A stretch of 64,000 nt of DNA from Phoronis australis (Eukaryota > Animalia > Phoronida), in the NCBI GenBank assembly GCA_002633005.1, contig NMRA01000295.1, positions 314,240 to 378,239 on the forward strand, in the 5' to 3' direction. Both the position numbers and the translations under genes were made by a program. Positions 34,201-47,641 of the stretch are shown here, one piece after another. Below the pieces are notes generated by a model that ran no database searches, had not been told where the DNA came from, and worked only from the letters and a program-made list of their open reading frames with translations. Each line of letters begins with the position of its first letter. Positions within the stretch are counted from its first letter, which is position 1.

Positions 34201-37002
34201 CTATAATTGTAAGGGGCCAAGATCAAAAGTTTGTTTTTTTACCCAGAAGGCCTATCGTCGAAACGACACCTGGCGTAGGTTTTGTAATGTGACCTTGGCG
34301 TGGGTGTAACCCCAGATGTCTGGGACTCATTCGTTTTTTTTTTTTAAATTGATTGCATGTGCAGTCTCTTACGATATTTTCTTATATTTTTGTCTCCAGG
34401 TGTCAGTCAGACATTAAACCGAAATCCATAATTGTGCTTTATCTAGAAAATCAAATTTTCCAGACGACTTTCGCTGCATTTGTAGTCATGTATTGATTAA
34501 CAAAAAGATTGAGTCGCCACTTGCCTACCGGCGTTAGGCGATTCTCCACTTGCTTCGCACAGAAATAACTGCCAGAATTATAATGAGATTTTAGCAAATA
34601 GTTTATGGCATCTACACATTGCAATTAGAAGTGGTGTTTTTAGTGTTTGCTTTTGTGGAGAAATATGACAAAATGGAATGTCACTTGTCCGACATATCAT
34701 GTGCTAAATAAGCGACGAATCTTTGGAAGTTTTTCCTAAGTTTGCATTTTNNNNNNNNNNNNNNNNNNNNNNNNNNNNNNNNNNNNNNNNNNNNNNNNNN
34801 NNNNNNNNNNNNNNNNNNNNNNNNNNNNNNNNNNNNNNNNNNNNNNNNNNNNNNNNNNNNNNNNNNNNNNNNNNNNNNNNNNNNNNNNNNNNNNNNNNNN
34901 NNNNNNNNNNNNNNNNNNNNNNNNNNNNNNNNNNNNNNNAACCCCCCCCCCCCACCAAAAGAAAAACAAAAACGCTAACACTCCTTTTTGGTTTAGTTAA
35001 CGTAAAAACTGTGGTTGCACCTTACAAAATCCTAGATCCGCCAGGAGGTTGGTCCCTGCTATCTCATCGAACTTTCTTTCCGGGTCCGAAGAGACGTACT
35101 GTGAGACCGAGAACATTTAATGGTCAATTTACCTCAATTCACACTAGGATATAAACTATGTGTCTGACTCAAAAAGATGATTAATGGAAACATTCATTTT
35201 TCTTGACAAGTGAAATATGAATATTTAGGCAGTTATTTCAGTTTTAATTACGCTCGACATTACGTCGCCGTCTTTCTACCCATTTTGGTGGGCTCGTTTT
35301 GTAAAAAAAAAATAGTTAAGTAAGGCATCTTTCGTTTCGTACACAGTTTCTCGAATAGGCGGTAGTGGATGCAGGTGATGTAAAATGAACATGTTTTATT
35401 GTCAGGCTGAAAGAGGTGACTCGATCTTGTCCACACACACGCACATCGGGCTTGTTACCATGTTTTACACGCAATTGGAAACGAACCGACGACAGGTGCT
35501 TACACCTTAGGCAGTTCAAGCAGAACTCGCACTGCCCGTCTACCGCTGTGGGCGAATCCGTTCTGACTTCCGAGAGGCCACAAGGTTCAGGCACCTTTAA
35601 CACGGCGTCCTTGTCGTGCACAAAGGGAAGCGATTCGTCTCCATGATAGCGAAGTATATCAGTAGAGACGGGGTGTTTTTACACACGTGTTTTTTTATTC
35701 GGTTGTGTAAATAGAAAGTAGTCTAAAATAAATTTACTTAAAGTCGTCTTTAGAACGCGAACATATGGCCAATACGACGAACAATAGTTAAAATCGCTCT
35801 GACGTTTCTACGCTACTGAATAAACAGGCGTCCGTATTATGGTTCGGGACCAACGTTGCGGAGTATTAAACGATCATCTGTTTACATGAAGATTACGGGA
35901 TGACTGTGCTGGAAAAGGTAATCTTTTTCTCTTTACTAATTATCGCGGCAATATAATCCAAAATTTACATTGGTTTTGTTTAAGGTTCATGGATACTGTT
36001 GATTTGTAAACTAAAAGCAAAATTCTCAGTTGAAATTGCTTGTATTTCGTCAATTTTGCAAAATCAACGTATTGATCTGAAACTACAGATATCCGAGAAC
36101 CACCAATATCGTAAGGCGAAACATAAATATTGAGGTCCATCTTTGGCATTTCCCATCCCCATAGTGTATAAGTATTGTAACAAGATTTGTGTAAACAGTC
36201 CCGATTTTTCCAGTATCAAATTTCCGCCGAGTCCTCGATTTGCATTGGCCAACAGTTTATACTTTGATATCTTGTGTATGCTCACAACGTTTAGCCAATC
36301 TCTTGCTGGTTCACCGTGTCGTATATGTATATACACCAAAAGCTAGACGATATATATTTTTACCTGTGTGGGTTCAGTCTGCTCACTTGGGCAACACAGA
36401 CATACAGTTTGGAGAATGTGTCAATTCAACCCTTTTGTTTTCGTCAGTACCTCCTGGGTTCGTAAAAATTGCCGGTCAGATCTTTAAGGCAGAGAAATCA
36501 GTTCAAGGATCGAAGACATGACTGCTTTGCCTGAACTTAGAGTAGGACCGAACTGCGCAAACTGTTCGCGGGTTGCGGACCAAATTCTGCTACTGGGTCA
36601 AAAGCACAATTTCGTAGATGCGAGAATTTAGCGAGTAAAACTAGTAATACGGCTAAATCCTATGCGATCTCTTATTTTACGAGGTTCTCGCGTCAACGGA
36701 ACGCACGCCTGCTGGTTCGCTCGAACCACTATAAGGACGGGCGCTTCAGTGAAACACCGGAAGCCGGCTAAGTTTAGTTGCTTCATAAAACCTGCAAATC
36801 ATGTCTACAAAATCGACAAACATTAGAACAGTCCTAGACATCAACATGTTCACCTAGAAATTATGTTGCAGAACTTAACGGAAAATATACAACGTGTCAG
36901 CTCGGATTGTACAGTCTTAATCGTAAGATCGAACCTTCAGATCAGAAATGGCTGTTCGGACTCGGATACCACGATATCTCACTAGTGAGATACAGTAACA
37001 TT

Positions 37003-37088
37003 TTGGGGGGAAACCGAGGCCGGATTCGAACCCGGGCGCCAAGAGTTTCGAGTCGCCGACTTTACCACCACTCAGCGGCTGACGTCAT
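37003..37088 (-). mobile_element. tRNA-like SINE head
   Basis: Minus strand has gagtggtggtaaag...gggttcgaatccgg (A/B boxes); the anticodon arm does not pair cleanly. Confidence 0.45.
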
Positions 37089-38099
37089 CGAACGTGAAAC
37101 CAGAATACTAAATGAGCACGCGCAACAATCGCATGTTCAGCAAAAGGCATTGCACCGACATTTATACGCTATAACAAATAAGACGCATAATTTTAATTCA
37201 GTAAAAATTTTCTCTCGTGTTCTCTCACTTGTAAATCACCGATCTCCAATTCGAATGCGGGTATCGTGTCGTAGGGATACTTTGACTTGAGCATTATAGT
37301 CTGTTACTTACTTTAGCAGACGATATTTTCAAGGTCGAAGCTTGGCGTGATAAAATGTGTAGTAAGCAATAATAGTTGCTAAACCTTAATTTATAGATTC
37401 ATTTCACTTCTATTTTGTTTAAATATCCAATTGGTTTTGAGTATAAGCATTATTTGACAAAAATAGCTCGGCTTTTCTTAAAAGGTCACGACCTCCGACC
37501 CCGGGCCACTGACATAAAAAGTAGTTACAAAGCCGAGGCGAGTCCAGAAAGGTAGACCGATTCATTGCTATGTTTCTCGTTAAGTATGTGGTATAAATAG
37601 ATTATAACATGTTCTCAGTTGTTATCCCCCTTATCTTTTGGATAATTACCACCCTCGGGGCTAACTTCCCTCGGGCGACTAATTCTCCAAACTCCACTCG
37701 GGCTCTAGATAGCGGGGGATAACGACTTCTCTATGTAATAATCTATATTTATGAACTGTTCCATTTTTGCACAAGAGGAAGTCAAATAATAGCATTTCTA
37801 TGATTTTTACGAAAAAAAAGTTGCATGAAAAGAAAACGAAATGATTTGAAGATTGTAATAGCGTCATATATTGATAACGTTATTTTGCGGTTGATGTAAT
37901 TTTCTTTTTTCTTAAATTTTTACTGAAACACACGGTCACCCGATCCAATGGATGATTGGTAAAAAGTCAAAAAATGAATTCCATAGGCTTTCTGCTTTCA
38001 GAAAATGTATAATTTTACAGAGGTAAAATCTACAGTGTAGTAGATATTTGGCAAAATGCGCAAAGGTTTGGATAAAGTTAAACAAGCGAAAATGACGGT

Positions 38100-38290
38100 A
38101 ATTGATGTTGAAGAAAGTGATGATGTTGATTAGGAATATCATAGCAATGATGATAGCGACAACGACGACGATGGTGTTGATAACGACATTGAGGATGATG
38201 ATGACCACGATGTCGATAATATCGATGAGAGAGACGACGAGGTTGGCGACGGTGGTGAACTTATATGGCGATGAAGACGATGGCAGTAAT
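38100..38290. repeat. Degenerate (GAT/GAC)n trinucleotide repeat
   Basis: Directly visible; similar in composition to the reverse complement of 60920-61420. Confidence 0.8.
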
Positions 38291-41205
38291 TAAAGTTCTA
38301 TTCGGTTTTGAGTTCAAACAGAAATGTCGATACACATCATTCCGTCACACCTCTACACTCTGGATATAGCAAGGTAGACATTGTTGCTCTGAACTAACGT
38401 TATGTAGGAAACAGGAAAATGTCCAAATTTGGTTAACTTCGAAATATCGCGTCTCAGAAATGACTGATCGGATTCATATAAACAGTGCTGTCGTATATCT
38501 TTCCCTCTCTCCCTAAATGTTTCTAAAAAAGCAATGTCACGTGCCATGCGAGCACCCAGCCTTCAATGTGGGGGGACACGAATTTCTGTCTATGTGGACC
38601 TTTTGCTGACGAAATACCGGCGGGACTAAAAAAAATCTTAGTAAAAGGTCCGCGTTCTCAAAGATTCGAACCCCACATTTTTTAGGCACGCGCTACGCTA
38701 GCAGTCCATAAAATTGCATGCAGATGGCGTTGTTATTCTCTTTTTTGATCCGTAAGAGTGGGGTTCCTAAATGCACCAGTGGCACTTATGCTAACGCAGG
38801 TGTTGTTTTTCTCTAAAAGTGTCATTTTATCAGCCAGCAGGCAAGGATGCAGAGTACCACATGTATACTGTATACGACTCGCTCACTGAGACAACACTGT
38901 TACCTGTGCCATTAATATAATAGGAAATGACTATGTTAGAAAAAACTCGCTTCTTTTGAAGTCCCACGGACGGCTAAATTAGGAGCATTAGAAATCGTAA
39001 ATGCCAAAATAGAATAAATGTTAGCACTGGTGAACCTTCTAGTTAAGAATGAATGAGTTCCATTGATAAAAGTGTTGTCACGTGTTATTAGTAACGCTAT
39101 TTTAGTTCTTCGTTGTGAATTAAACAACCAAAACAGAGGGTTTTTTTCAGCAACATGGACAGAAACTAACGTAGCCACGCATCTGGCGCAATTGCGATAA
39201 TTGGATAGGTGAAATTAATTGAATGAGTACACCTGTAGTGTCTTTAACGAATATGGCGAATAATCGCAACAAGATCTTTTAAGTTGATGTGAGGCAAAAT
39301 CTATAGGCGGAATGCATTAAGTTTATTAATTCCTCAGTTGCTTTGGTTATTCTTTGTAACGCTTCAACGGAGTTACCATGACAGTCAAGAATTCCCTTTA
39401 ATTTGCCTGTTTCGTAACCAGGAACGAGGTAAATTGTCAGTAAACGTGTATTAACACGAAATATCGTGTAAAGTCTTAATGCTGATACACCTTTATCAAC
39501 ATTGGAGTACACGTTGACCTATGATGTTGATTGTAAAAAACGAATAAGTAACTGCTATGGCATCAGTGAACTGTACATCCGGGTGTCTCATGGTGTTTGA
39601 GCATCATTGTGCATTCATGAACGCTTAGTCTGTACGCGCCCAGTGATAGCACACGAAAGAAACTACGAGGATACGTACAACTAGTAGGCAGGTATTTCGA
39701 GCTTCAAGGGAACAAAGTCAGGCGGAATGGTGATGCTCACTACGTTCAAAAGAAAGTGTCCACATAAACTCTAAAAACAGCACGCCGGCGGGTTACTTTT
39801 TGGTCATGATAGGAAACCTCACCACCTCCTCTGGCATCCAATTCTCACTGCTTTAGAAGGGTTTCCCAATACGATCCGTCGCGATCGCCGATGACGTCAC
39901 AGGAAATGAAAGCGTTCATTTTATGCGGTGCATAGTTATTTTTGAAATAAGCTATGATTGAAATTTTTCTTTTGTCCCCATAAGTCCCAGAGTGTGTGAT
40001 TAATAGTCCGTTGCATTAGAGAGATTCATTATTCACGCTTAATGGCTTGCCGCAAATAGTTTTCTTGGGGCATTTGTCTTTTCTCAGTTCCAGTTACTGG
40101 TGGCTCGAGACGGTTATGTGCTAATTCATTAAGAACAAATATGGCATTCATATGTCTCACGGCTAAGTCACCTACTTTTTCACTGCACACTCCCAGACAC
40201 ATTTGCATTGATTACCCGAATCTTCCAAGCGATTTGCTGAGTCCCAAAATCAGTTTATTGGCCGAAAAAAGTATTTAGCATACTTAGTTTAAAAAAAAAT
40301 GAAAATGAAAATGAATATTACGAAGACAATGTGGTCACGACGTCAATGCCCCATGACTACAGTCTTTTACTTTGATCGTGTTGTGGGAAAACTCTAAATG
40401 TTATTTCTGAAAATAGTCCAATCGTCGGTATTTCAATATTATAATTCCCATTAAACACTCGCTTCGACGCTAACTTCAAAATATTTCCGGTTTATTGAAG
40501 CATGAAATAGTCTTAAGAAATAAGTCTCAGTGATAATAAGCGGATCTTATTTATAAAACAACTAGATAGCAGAAAGTAGTCACAAAAAGACATTATACGA
40601 TCCAACACGACCGTCGTCCTAATGAATTAATTTCGACACTGTGGCATTCCGATGACTCAAAAATCCTGCTTTGAGAAAATACAAACTGGCTATTTGATAA
40701 TGGATCACAGCGTCTGTACGTATTTTCACAGACAGCTTTTAAGCTACCGACATTTTTATTAATTGCAGGTAAGGTTTCAATGATGTTGTGACACCAGTCT
40801 AATTTCGTGTTTTATACGAGTCAACGAGCAAAGTAAAACTTTCGAAAAGATCTTATAGAATTTTAAAATCTCAGCTTGGTAATTCCAGAGGTGACAATAG
40901 TTCAATTCATACTGGCTTCTTTAGACAGTAAACATCGGAGGTTTCCGCTAGTCATTCACGATGGCAAACATAATTGATGAAATCCTCGGCAAAGTGATAC
41001 AACAAGGAGAGGATGGGGATAAAAAATGAAAGATTTTAGGTTCCGTCTGAATGCTTCGCACGATCTGTCTAACTGTGCTGGGAATTAACAATGGCCAAAT
41101 GAAGCAAGGCACTTGAAAAGAGCAAGGTAAAAAGATGAAGCTCGGTTTATTAATGAGCTCGATAATAGTAATAATTTTAAAAGCTGCTATGAACCGAGTT
41201 CTCTA

Positions 41206-41478
41206 GCCTGTTTTATGAAAAGTGACTTAAGACTAAGAAAGAAATTTGGTTTTGCGCCCCCTCCTTACAGTTGCTGAATTAAGGTTCAGCCAAACAACTA
41301 TTGGCGTATCACTGTTTAGAAATCCTTCACAGAAAAAATTTCCAGTAACTAGCAGTTATGTCGATATAGACTTCGCATTTTTGCATAAGCGAGGTATTAT
41401 TATTTTTCAGTTCAGTTGTGTGAAGCGTAAGACTAAACTTTTGTCTTAGTCTTATCTCACTTTACACGAAACAGGCCC
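41206..41478. mobile_element. MITE
   Basis: gcctgttttatgaaaagtgacttaagactaaga / tcttagtcttatctcactttacacgaaacaggc imperfect TIRs. Confidence 0.65.
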
Positions 41479-43478
41479 AAGGGAATGCTATGTCGTTCCT
41501 ATCCGTTGTCTGAATTAAAATGGGCCAGTACCAATCTCCTGGTAGACATTCTGCCTTGGCAAATTGAAACTAACCCACCGTGACAAGCAAATTAATGCGC
41601 CTGGTGAGCAGCAATGACCACCTGAAAGTTCTTCTGAAACCTAGCAACCATTTGTTATCTGAGTAAGGTGCAAGTTCATGCCGATTTTAAATCGGCGTCC
41701 TATATCAAACGTTGTTTTTTGTAGAAGGCATAGATTTGATGCCCCTTCATGAATGAGCCGTATAATAGGATTGCAGGCGTAGTAACACCGTTAAAATGAA
41801 CCCCGTAACTAAAATCACACCAGGAACGCCATCGTTTTGAGTCTATTTGTCCATTCGTTGTGTCTAAGTTGGTGAAAACCACCAAATTGTCTTCAAAGGG
41901 ATTAAGAGCGCGCATTTACAGAAATGTTTATTTCCTATTCAAGAATTTATTTTGGTGTTTTGGTTTAAAGGAACATTGTCGGGGAGAAAAGGAATTTTAT
42001 CCTCAGCAACATCCGGGGCCCCGCTCTACTGACGGAGCTAAACACATCTCGATAAACGGCTGACCAACCGTATTTTAACTTCAACAAAGTCACCGGCCTT
42101 ATTTTCAGTGAACGATTGACAGACCACTGCGATAATTGGCTATGAAGTAACTTTTGTGCAACCGTGGCCTGGTGAGTGCATGGAGACTGTGTATCAGTTC
42201 CAGTCTAGAGGCCAATGATCCATGTACCTAAACCCGCATACGGGCTGTTTTGATCAATGCATAACTTTGATCTAGTCCAGTCAAGGGGTCTCGGCAGAGT
42301 AAGCAAGCGATCCCCTCGGGTAGATATTTTGTCTCTTTCGGTATCAATGTTTTTGAACTTTTCATCATTTGGTAGTTTTACACCGGAGCACCCATTTTCC
42401 TGATGTTACATTCATTGTCTGATTTTGGATGTCCCGGCCGTAAACCCCTGGCTTGTCTTGCATACGCTGAACAGCCTTTTCCCTTAGGAAATATCTGGGA
42501 TGTCAACGTGGTCTTGAATGCATGAGTGCAATCGTGAACGCATCGTGAATTACCTGTTACTAAGACGTTACATGACATGTCATGTGTAGTTGCTATGGTG
42601 ATGTCGACGAAGGCCAGCATGTCTCAGTCTCTTCAGTATCTTGTGCAGGTAAGACCAGTTTTTCGACTGTTGTCTGAGTGAATGTTGTTAACACGCCATC
42701 AAAAGAAACATACTGGTTTTTCAGTTTTTCGGCTGCAATTCAGATGTAACCTACTGCTCCATGTGTTGTCGTCCGTTTTCGTTGGTTATCGGTAGATTCT
42801 TAACGGACTGTTAGTGTTGATAAGTCCAAGACCCGGAGTCTCAAGATAGTGAACCGCATGGATATCACTATGTGTCTGTGTATGGTTCAACAATCAGCTT
42901 TGTTTTTATCTGTTTTAATTAGATTTATACCGACTTGTACGCAAATACCAGGCGTAAATGGACGAAACATAGCGTGGCTGGGAATAACGCATAGCCGATA
43001 ACAAGTTCGATCAATGAGATAATATATTTTTGATTACCTTCCCCACAAAAGACAGGAATAATAACAATATTATTATGGAATGGATGAAAGTATTTGCCCA
43101 AAGAAACAATGACATTCGCATAAAAACCATGTTTTGAACTACTATTTAACCTAGGTCCACAATAACACTTCAGTTTAAGAATCATAATTATTTTATTATC
43201 CTTGCACTGCTGTTTGAAATCTCGGCGATACGATGTTCAACACGACCATTAGCGTTTAGTCTTTACCTAAACATAACTGTCATAAAGCTAACATTGTGAC
43301 AGACCTGAAGTGACATTACCAAATGATATTTTTTTTCACCATCGATTTTCTCTCTGTGGCTGTCCACCTGTATCTTACGCCTTCCCATCTATGATTATGA
43401 TCAATTTATAATTATAATCCTTCACGTGTGAGTGGACGGGACGGTAGATTAGACTGGTGGTGTTGCTCAAAGCCTGCA

Positions 43479-43743
43479 CACGATTTTCGCCGGTTCCCCG
43501 GGTTAATCGGCTAAGCGGCTATCTTTGTAGAGTTTCGTAAACGCAAGTATCTCGGATAGTTTCATCACGGGCTTCGCTTGTAATACATGGCGATATCTCG
43601 CAGTCTTGCGTGCTCTTGCGTTTTCGCGTGATTTCGCCTTTACGGAACGCGTGCCTGATTAGTTTTCGAGTGACGACTTCCCTCCCCAATCGCATAATGT
43701 CTTTCCCGGTTAACTGGGCGGAACCGGCGAAGTCATTCACGTG
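43479..43743. mobile_element. MITE
   Basis: ttcgccggttccccgggttaatcgg / ccggttaactgggcggaaccggcgaa inverted repeats. Confidence 0.6.
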
Positions 43744-44937
43744 CCGCCAGTGACATCATGGAACTGAGTTCTATAGTGCCACGTAACTGGTTTCCTGCGT
43801 GACCCCTAGGGCAGCGAGTAGCCGTGAGCGCTCGAAACCTTTCTAACACGTAGTCCGCATGCTTGATTCTGGTAACCTTCAGTATTACAAACATGTAATT
43901 AGAAGCAAAATGTTTAAATAGACTAAATAATTTATAGAGAATATATCTATTTGTGCCATATTCTGCTGCACGGACGCTATCGCTGTTCGCCTTAAGTTAA
44001 AATAAACGCAGAACGTCCACATCCTCATATTCGTCCACAAGACTTTTGCATCTGACGTGAAGTGGCGATGCGACCGATAAGCGACCCCTTGATGAATGAG
44101 ATAACCTGTTCAATCTTCAATTTCTACAAGAACTCTTGAATTAGTTGAAGAGGATAATGTGTTAGTCTGTTTTGAATAGCGTGCACAAGTGAGCAGCAAA
44201 ATAAGAGGATTCGCAAAATGTCGCGAGATATCGCCAAGTTTTGCAAGCAAAGTACGTGATTCCTTAACGAGATGATTGCGTCCATGAAACTTTACTCTGT
44301 ATTCATGCTAAGATGTGATATCAGCAACGTCACGGATTTGATTTGCATAAATGCACCTTGCTATCATTGGGAAGGAAACCAGATGTTTCGCTCTTGTCAA
44401 CAAAGAACATGATTAGTATCCGTGGCAACTGTTTTTTCTAACCACTGTTTTGGAAGGACTCAGGAGCCTCGGGGAATATTCAGGCGTGCCTGTGAATAGT
44501 GCTTAATGTGGCGCCCTCTGCTTTTCGTGTTCAATTCTTTTGATCTTGAAAGGTATGAAATAAAACATCCGGCATGTCCCTGACCGTAGGCAGAACTGCA
44601 TAATTACGGGAAGGCCGGTAGATGCACTTGTTTGCACGAAATGAATAAAAATCTAATCACATTGAAGGCAGATATATAATGGATTAGTCTTCCGCTACAC
44701 GTAATTCTATGAGCGTTATGTTTTAAACTAAAACAGACCTTAAAAGTACACGAAACCCTGTTCTTGTGATTTCAACCGGTTCTCGTGCGGTCACCTGCCA
44801 ATGCATCACTGGCGTCCTACTTGAGTGATGAAAGCGAGGTCCAACCAAAAACGTACTCTCTGCGTCAAAGTTTTGATGTTTTGGTTCTTGGCTGGTATTC
44901 TTCCCTATAGATGCCGTCTTACTCGCCTAAAGCGTAG

Positions 44938-46253
44938 GTCACGCTTGTCCGTTTAGCATATTTTGTAAGGAGTTTTCAAAGTTTGCTCCAAGCTTTTGAG
45001 GGTAGTCGAGGGTTACTTAACATTACTTTGTTTGTTAAAACTGGATTAGAAAGTTGTTTTAGTATCTACTAATAGTCCTGAACCGGGTTTGGTATCCTTT
45101 TGAAGAAAATCAGTAGATTTCCTCGCTACATTAAAGTTGCATTTGTCCTGTTTCAAGTTATCTGGTTGAAAAAAGAAAATCAAAATAGACATTTTACTTT
45201 CGTAAAATCGGTCTCACCTGAACAAAATTAGCATTTTTGTCAAAAGACGCATCATTTATCATAGGCCTAAATAGTTGCATAGTGGGATCGTGAAGGTTTT
45301 AATATTCATGTCTGACTTTGCAATTGACACAAACATAAGAGGTAGGGATCCACTCTGTGAGGCTATTTTTGCGACTTTTGTAATATCACGCAAATCTTCG
45401 AGAAATATTGCCGTCTTTTTCCAGCGAAGCACGTGATCATACTACCGCGTAGCTATCACTCGCGATGGCACCCAGGTGCGTGTTGTCATGGAGACTGGAA
45501 GAGACTAGCTGATGACAGAGTCCAGGGTAGAGTTCAATAACGCTAGGACCTCGCTGAAAGAAAGACTTCGCGAGATTACGTGAGATATTGCCGNGTCACG
45601 CTTGTCCGTTTAGCATATTTTGTAAGGAGTTTTCAAAGTTTGCTCCAAGCTTTTGAGGGTAGTCGAGGGTTACTTAACATTACTTTGTTTGTTAAAACTG
45701 GATTAGAAAGTTGTTTTAGTATCTACTAATAGTCCTGAACCGGGTTTGGTATCCTTTTGAAGAAAATCAGTAGATTTCCTCGCTACATTAAAGTTGCATT
45801 TGTCCTGTTTCAAGTTATCTGGTTGAAAAAAGAAAATCAAAATAGGCATTTTACTTTCGTAAAATCGGTCTCACCTGAACAAAATTAGCATTTTTGTCAA
45901 AAGACGCATCATTTATCATAGGCCTAAATAGTTGCATAGTGGGATCGTGAAGGTTTTAATATTCATGTCTGACTTTGCAATTGACACAAACATAAGAGGT
46001 AGGGATCCACTCTGTGAGGCTATTTTTGCGACTTTTGCAATATCACGCAAATCTCCGAGAAATATCGCCGTCTTTTTCAAGCGAAGCACGTGATCATACT
46101 ACCGCGTAGCTATCACTCGCGATGGCACCCAGGTGCGTGTTGTCATGGAGACTGGAAGAGACTAGCTGATGACAGAGTCCAGGGTAGAGTTCAATAACGC
46201 TAGGACCTCGCTGAAAAAAAAAAGACTTCGCGAGATTACGTGAGATATTGCCG
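44938..46253. repeat. Single-N-joined tandem duplication (44938-45593 / 45595-46253)
   Basis: Near-identical copies separated by one N at 45594. Confidence 0.85.
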
Positions 46254-47641
46254 TGTATTTTAAATGAAAACACGTGTTTTGGCTAAAGGCGAGGTCCTAG
46301 GGCAGGTCCTAGAGTTATTGAACTTTACCAAGATGACAAAGAATGTTTTGTTGTAATGCACCGCTACAAACCAGTCTTGCATTAACATAGACGGACTTTC
46401 CACTTCTGCTCAAAAATGGAAGAGGGCTGTTCTCAAGTATTGTTTAATTAAAAAATTCTTTGATTAGATTATTCTGCCCAGAGAAGAGGCGGAAAGGGGG
46501 CTTGATAAATAATATGTTTATGCTCATTGGCGGCTCTCTGTAATGTGGCAGTCCTTGTATTCAGCTCGTTTCTTTTATTAGAACGTGAGTAAAAACGATG
46601 AATTTCACCAACTTAAAGAGAACTTGGGCTTTAAAACGAATCGAACAGGTTAGATTTCACTGAAGCTCGTGAAATTTGGTTTAAGTCTTGTCACGTACAT
46701 CCAAACGTACTAGTGTTGTTAGGATGGTTAGGATGGTCATTTGCAGAGGGTTGATGCTCAGTACTGACGAGTTAGTAAATGCCTTTGGCGGTCGAGGAAC
46801 GCTCCGGTCGAAAAGCTTTCATTTTTATTAACCTTGGTACACCTGTTAGATGATAAGAAGTATTTAATTAGGAGCTCGTCTCAAGCGATAAAACGGAACG
46901 GTACCAATATGTACTCAAATTGCTTGATTGCGATTTAAGCATAATTAGTGCATTCGGTACATCTGGGTTGGCTACCGGGTCTTTGTGGTGCGAGCATTTC
47001 CGATTATCGATCTTCTGACCCAATTTTGGTGTCTGGCATTACGAACATCCGATTATGTGACCACATCCTGACCTTCGTGTGCTGGGTCATGTGAGCCTCT
47101 TGCGTCTGTTGGTCACTGACGTCACCTTGCTCGACTGCGTGCGTTCCGTAGACCCAACACTGAACTAGTGTTATTACTCATTTCTCGTCTAATGCACTCG
47201 ATATCTTGTGAGGACTTGTTATGTTGCGTTTTCTAGTCGTGAGTTTCATAAAAAGAACTCAGCCAGGTTCGTGTTCGTTGAATGACCACCAATCCCTCAT
47301 ACAGAAATCGTTAGGAAATGTATACCATTGTAAGGCCTCGCACTCCAATCATTCTCACGAGTAAAATTCGATCCTTTTTTGGGGCTCCTCTGATGATTGG
47401 CGGCAAAAGGCATGCTGTAACCTGCGATGATCTTTCCAATGTAGCTTTATCTCGATCGAGTAAAATGAAAGCGACTTGTCGTGACTCTTCCGGCGGCGGC
47501 AAACAGAATATGATGACTATTTCAGGTGTGCCTGCGGACCCTATTTGTTGTTAATCCACTGCGGCAGACTCAGAGGGAAGCTTATGTATAGCGCCTAGGC
47601 ATGTTGTACATGGTTCGTCGGTTATAGAGTTTGTCGTTTTA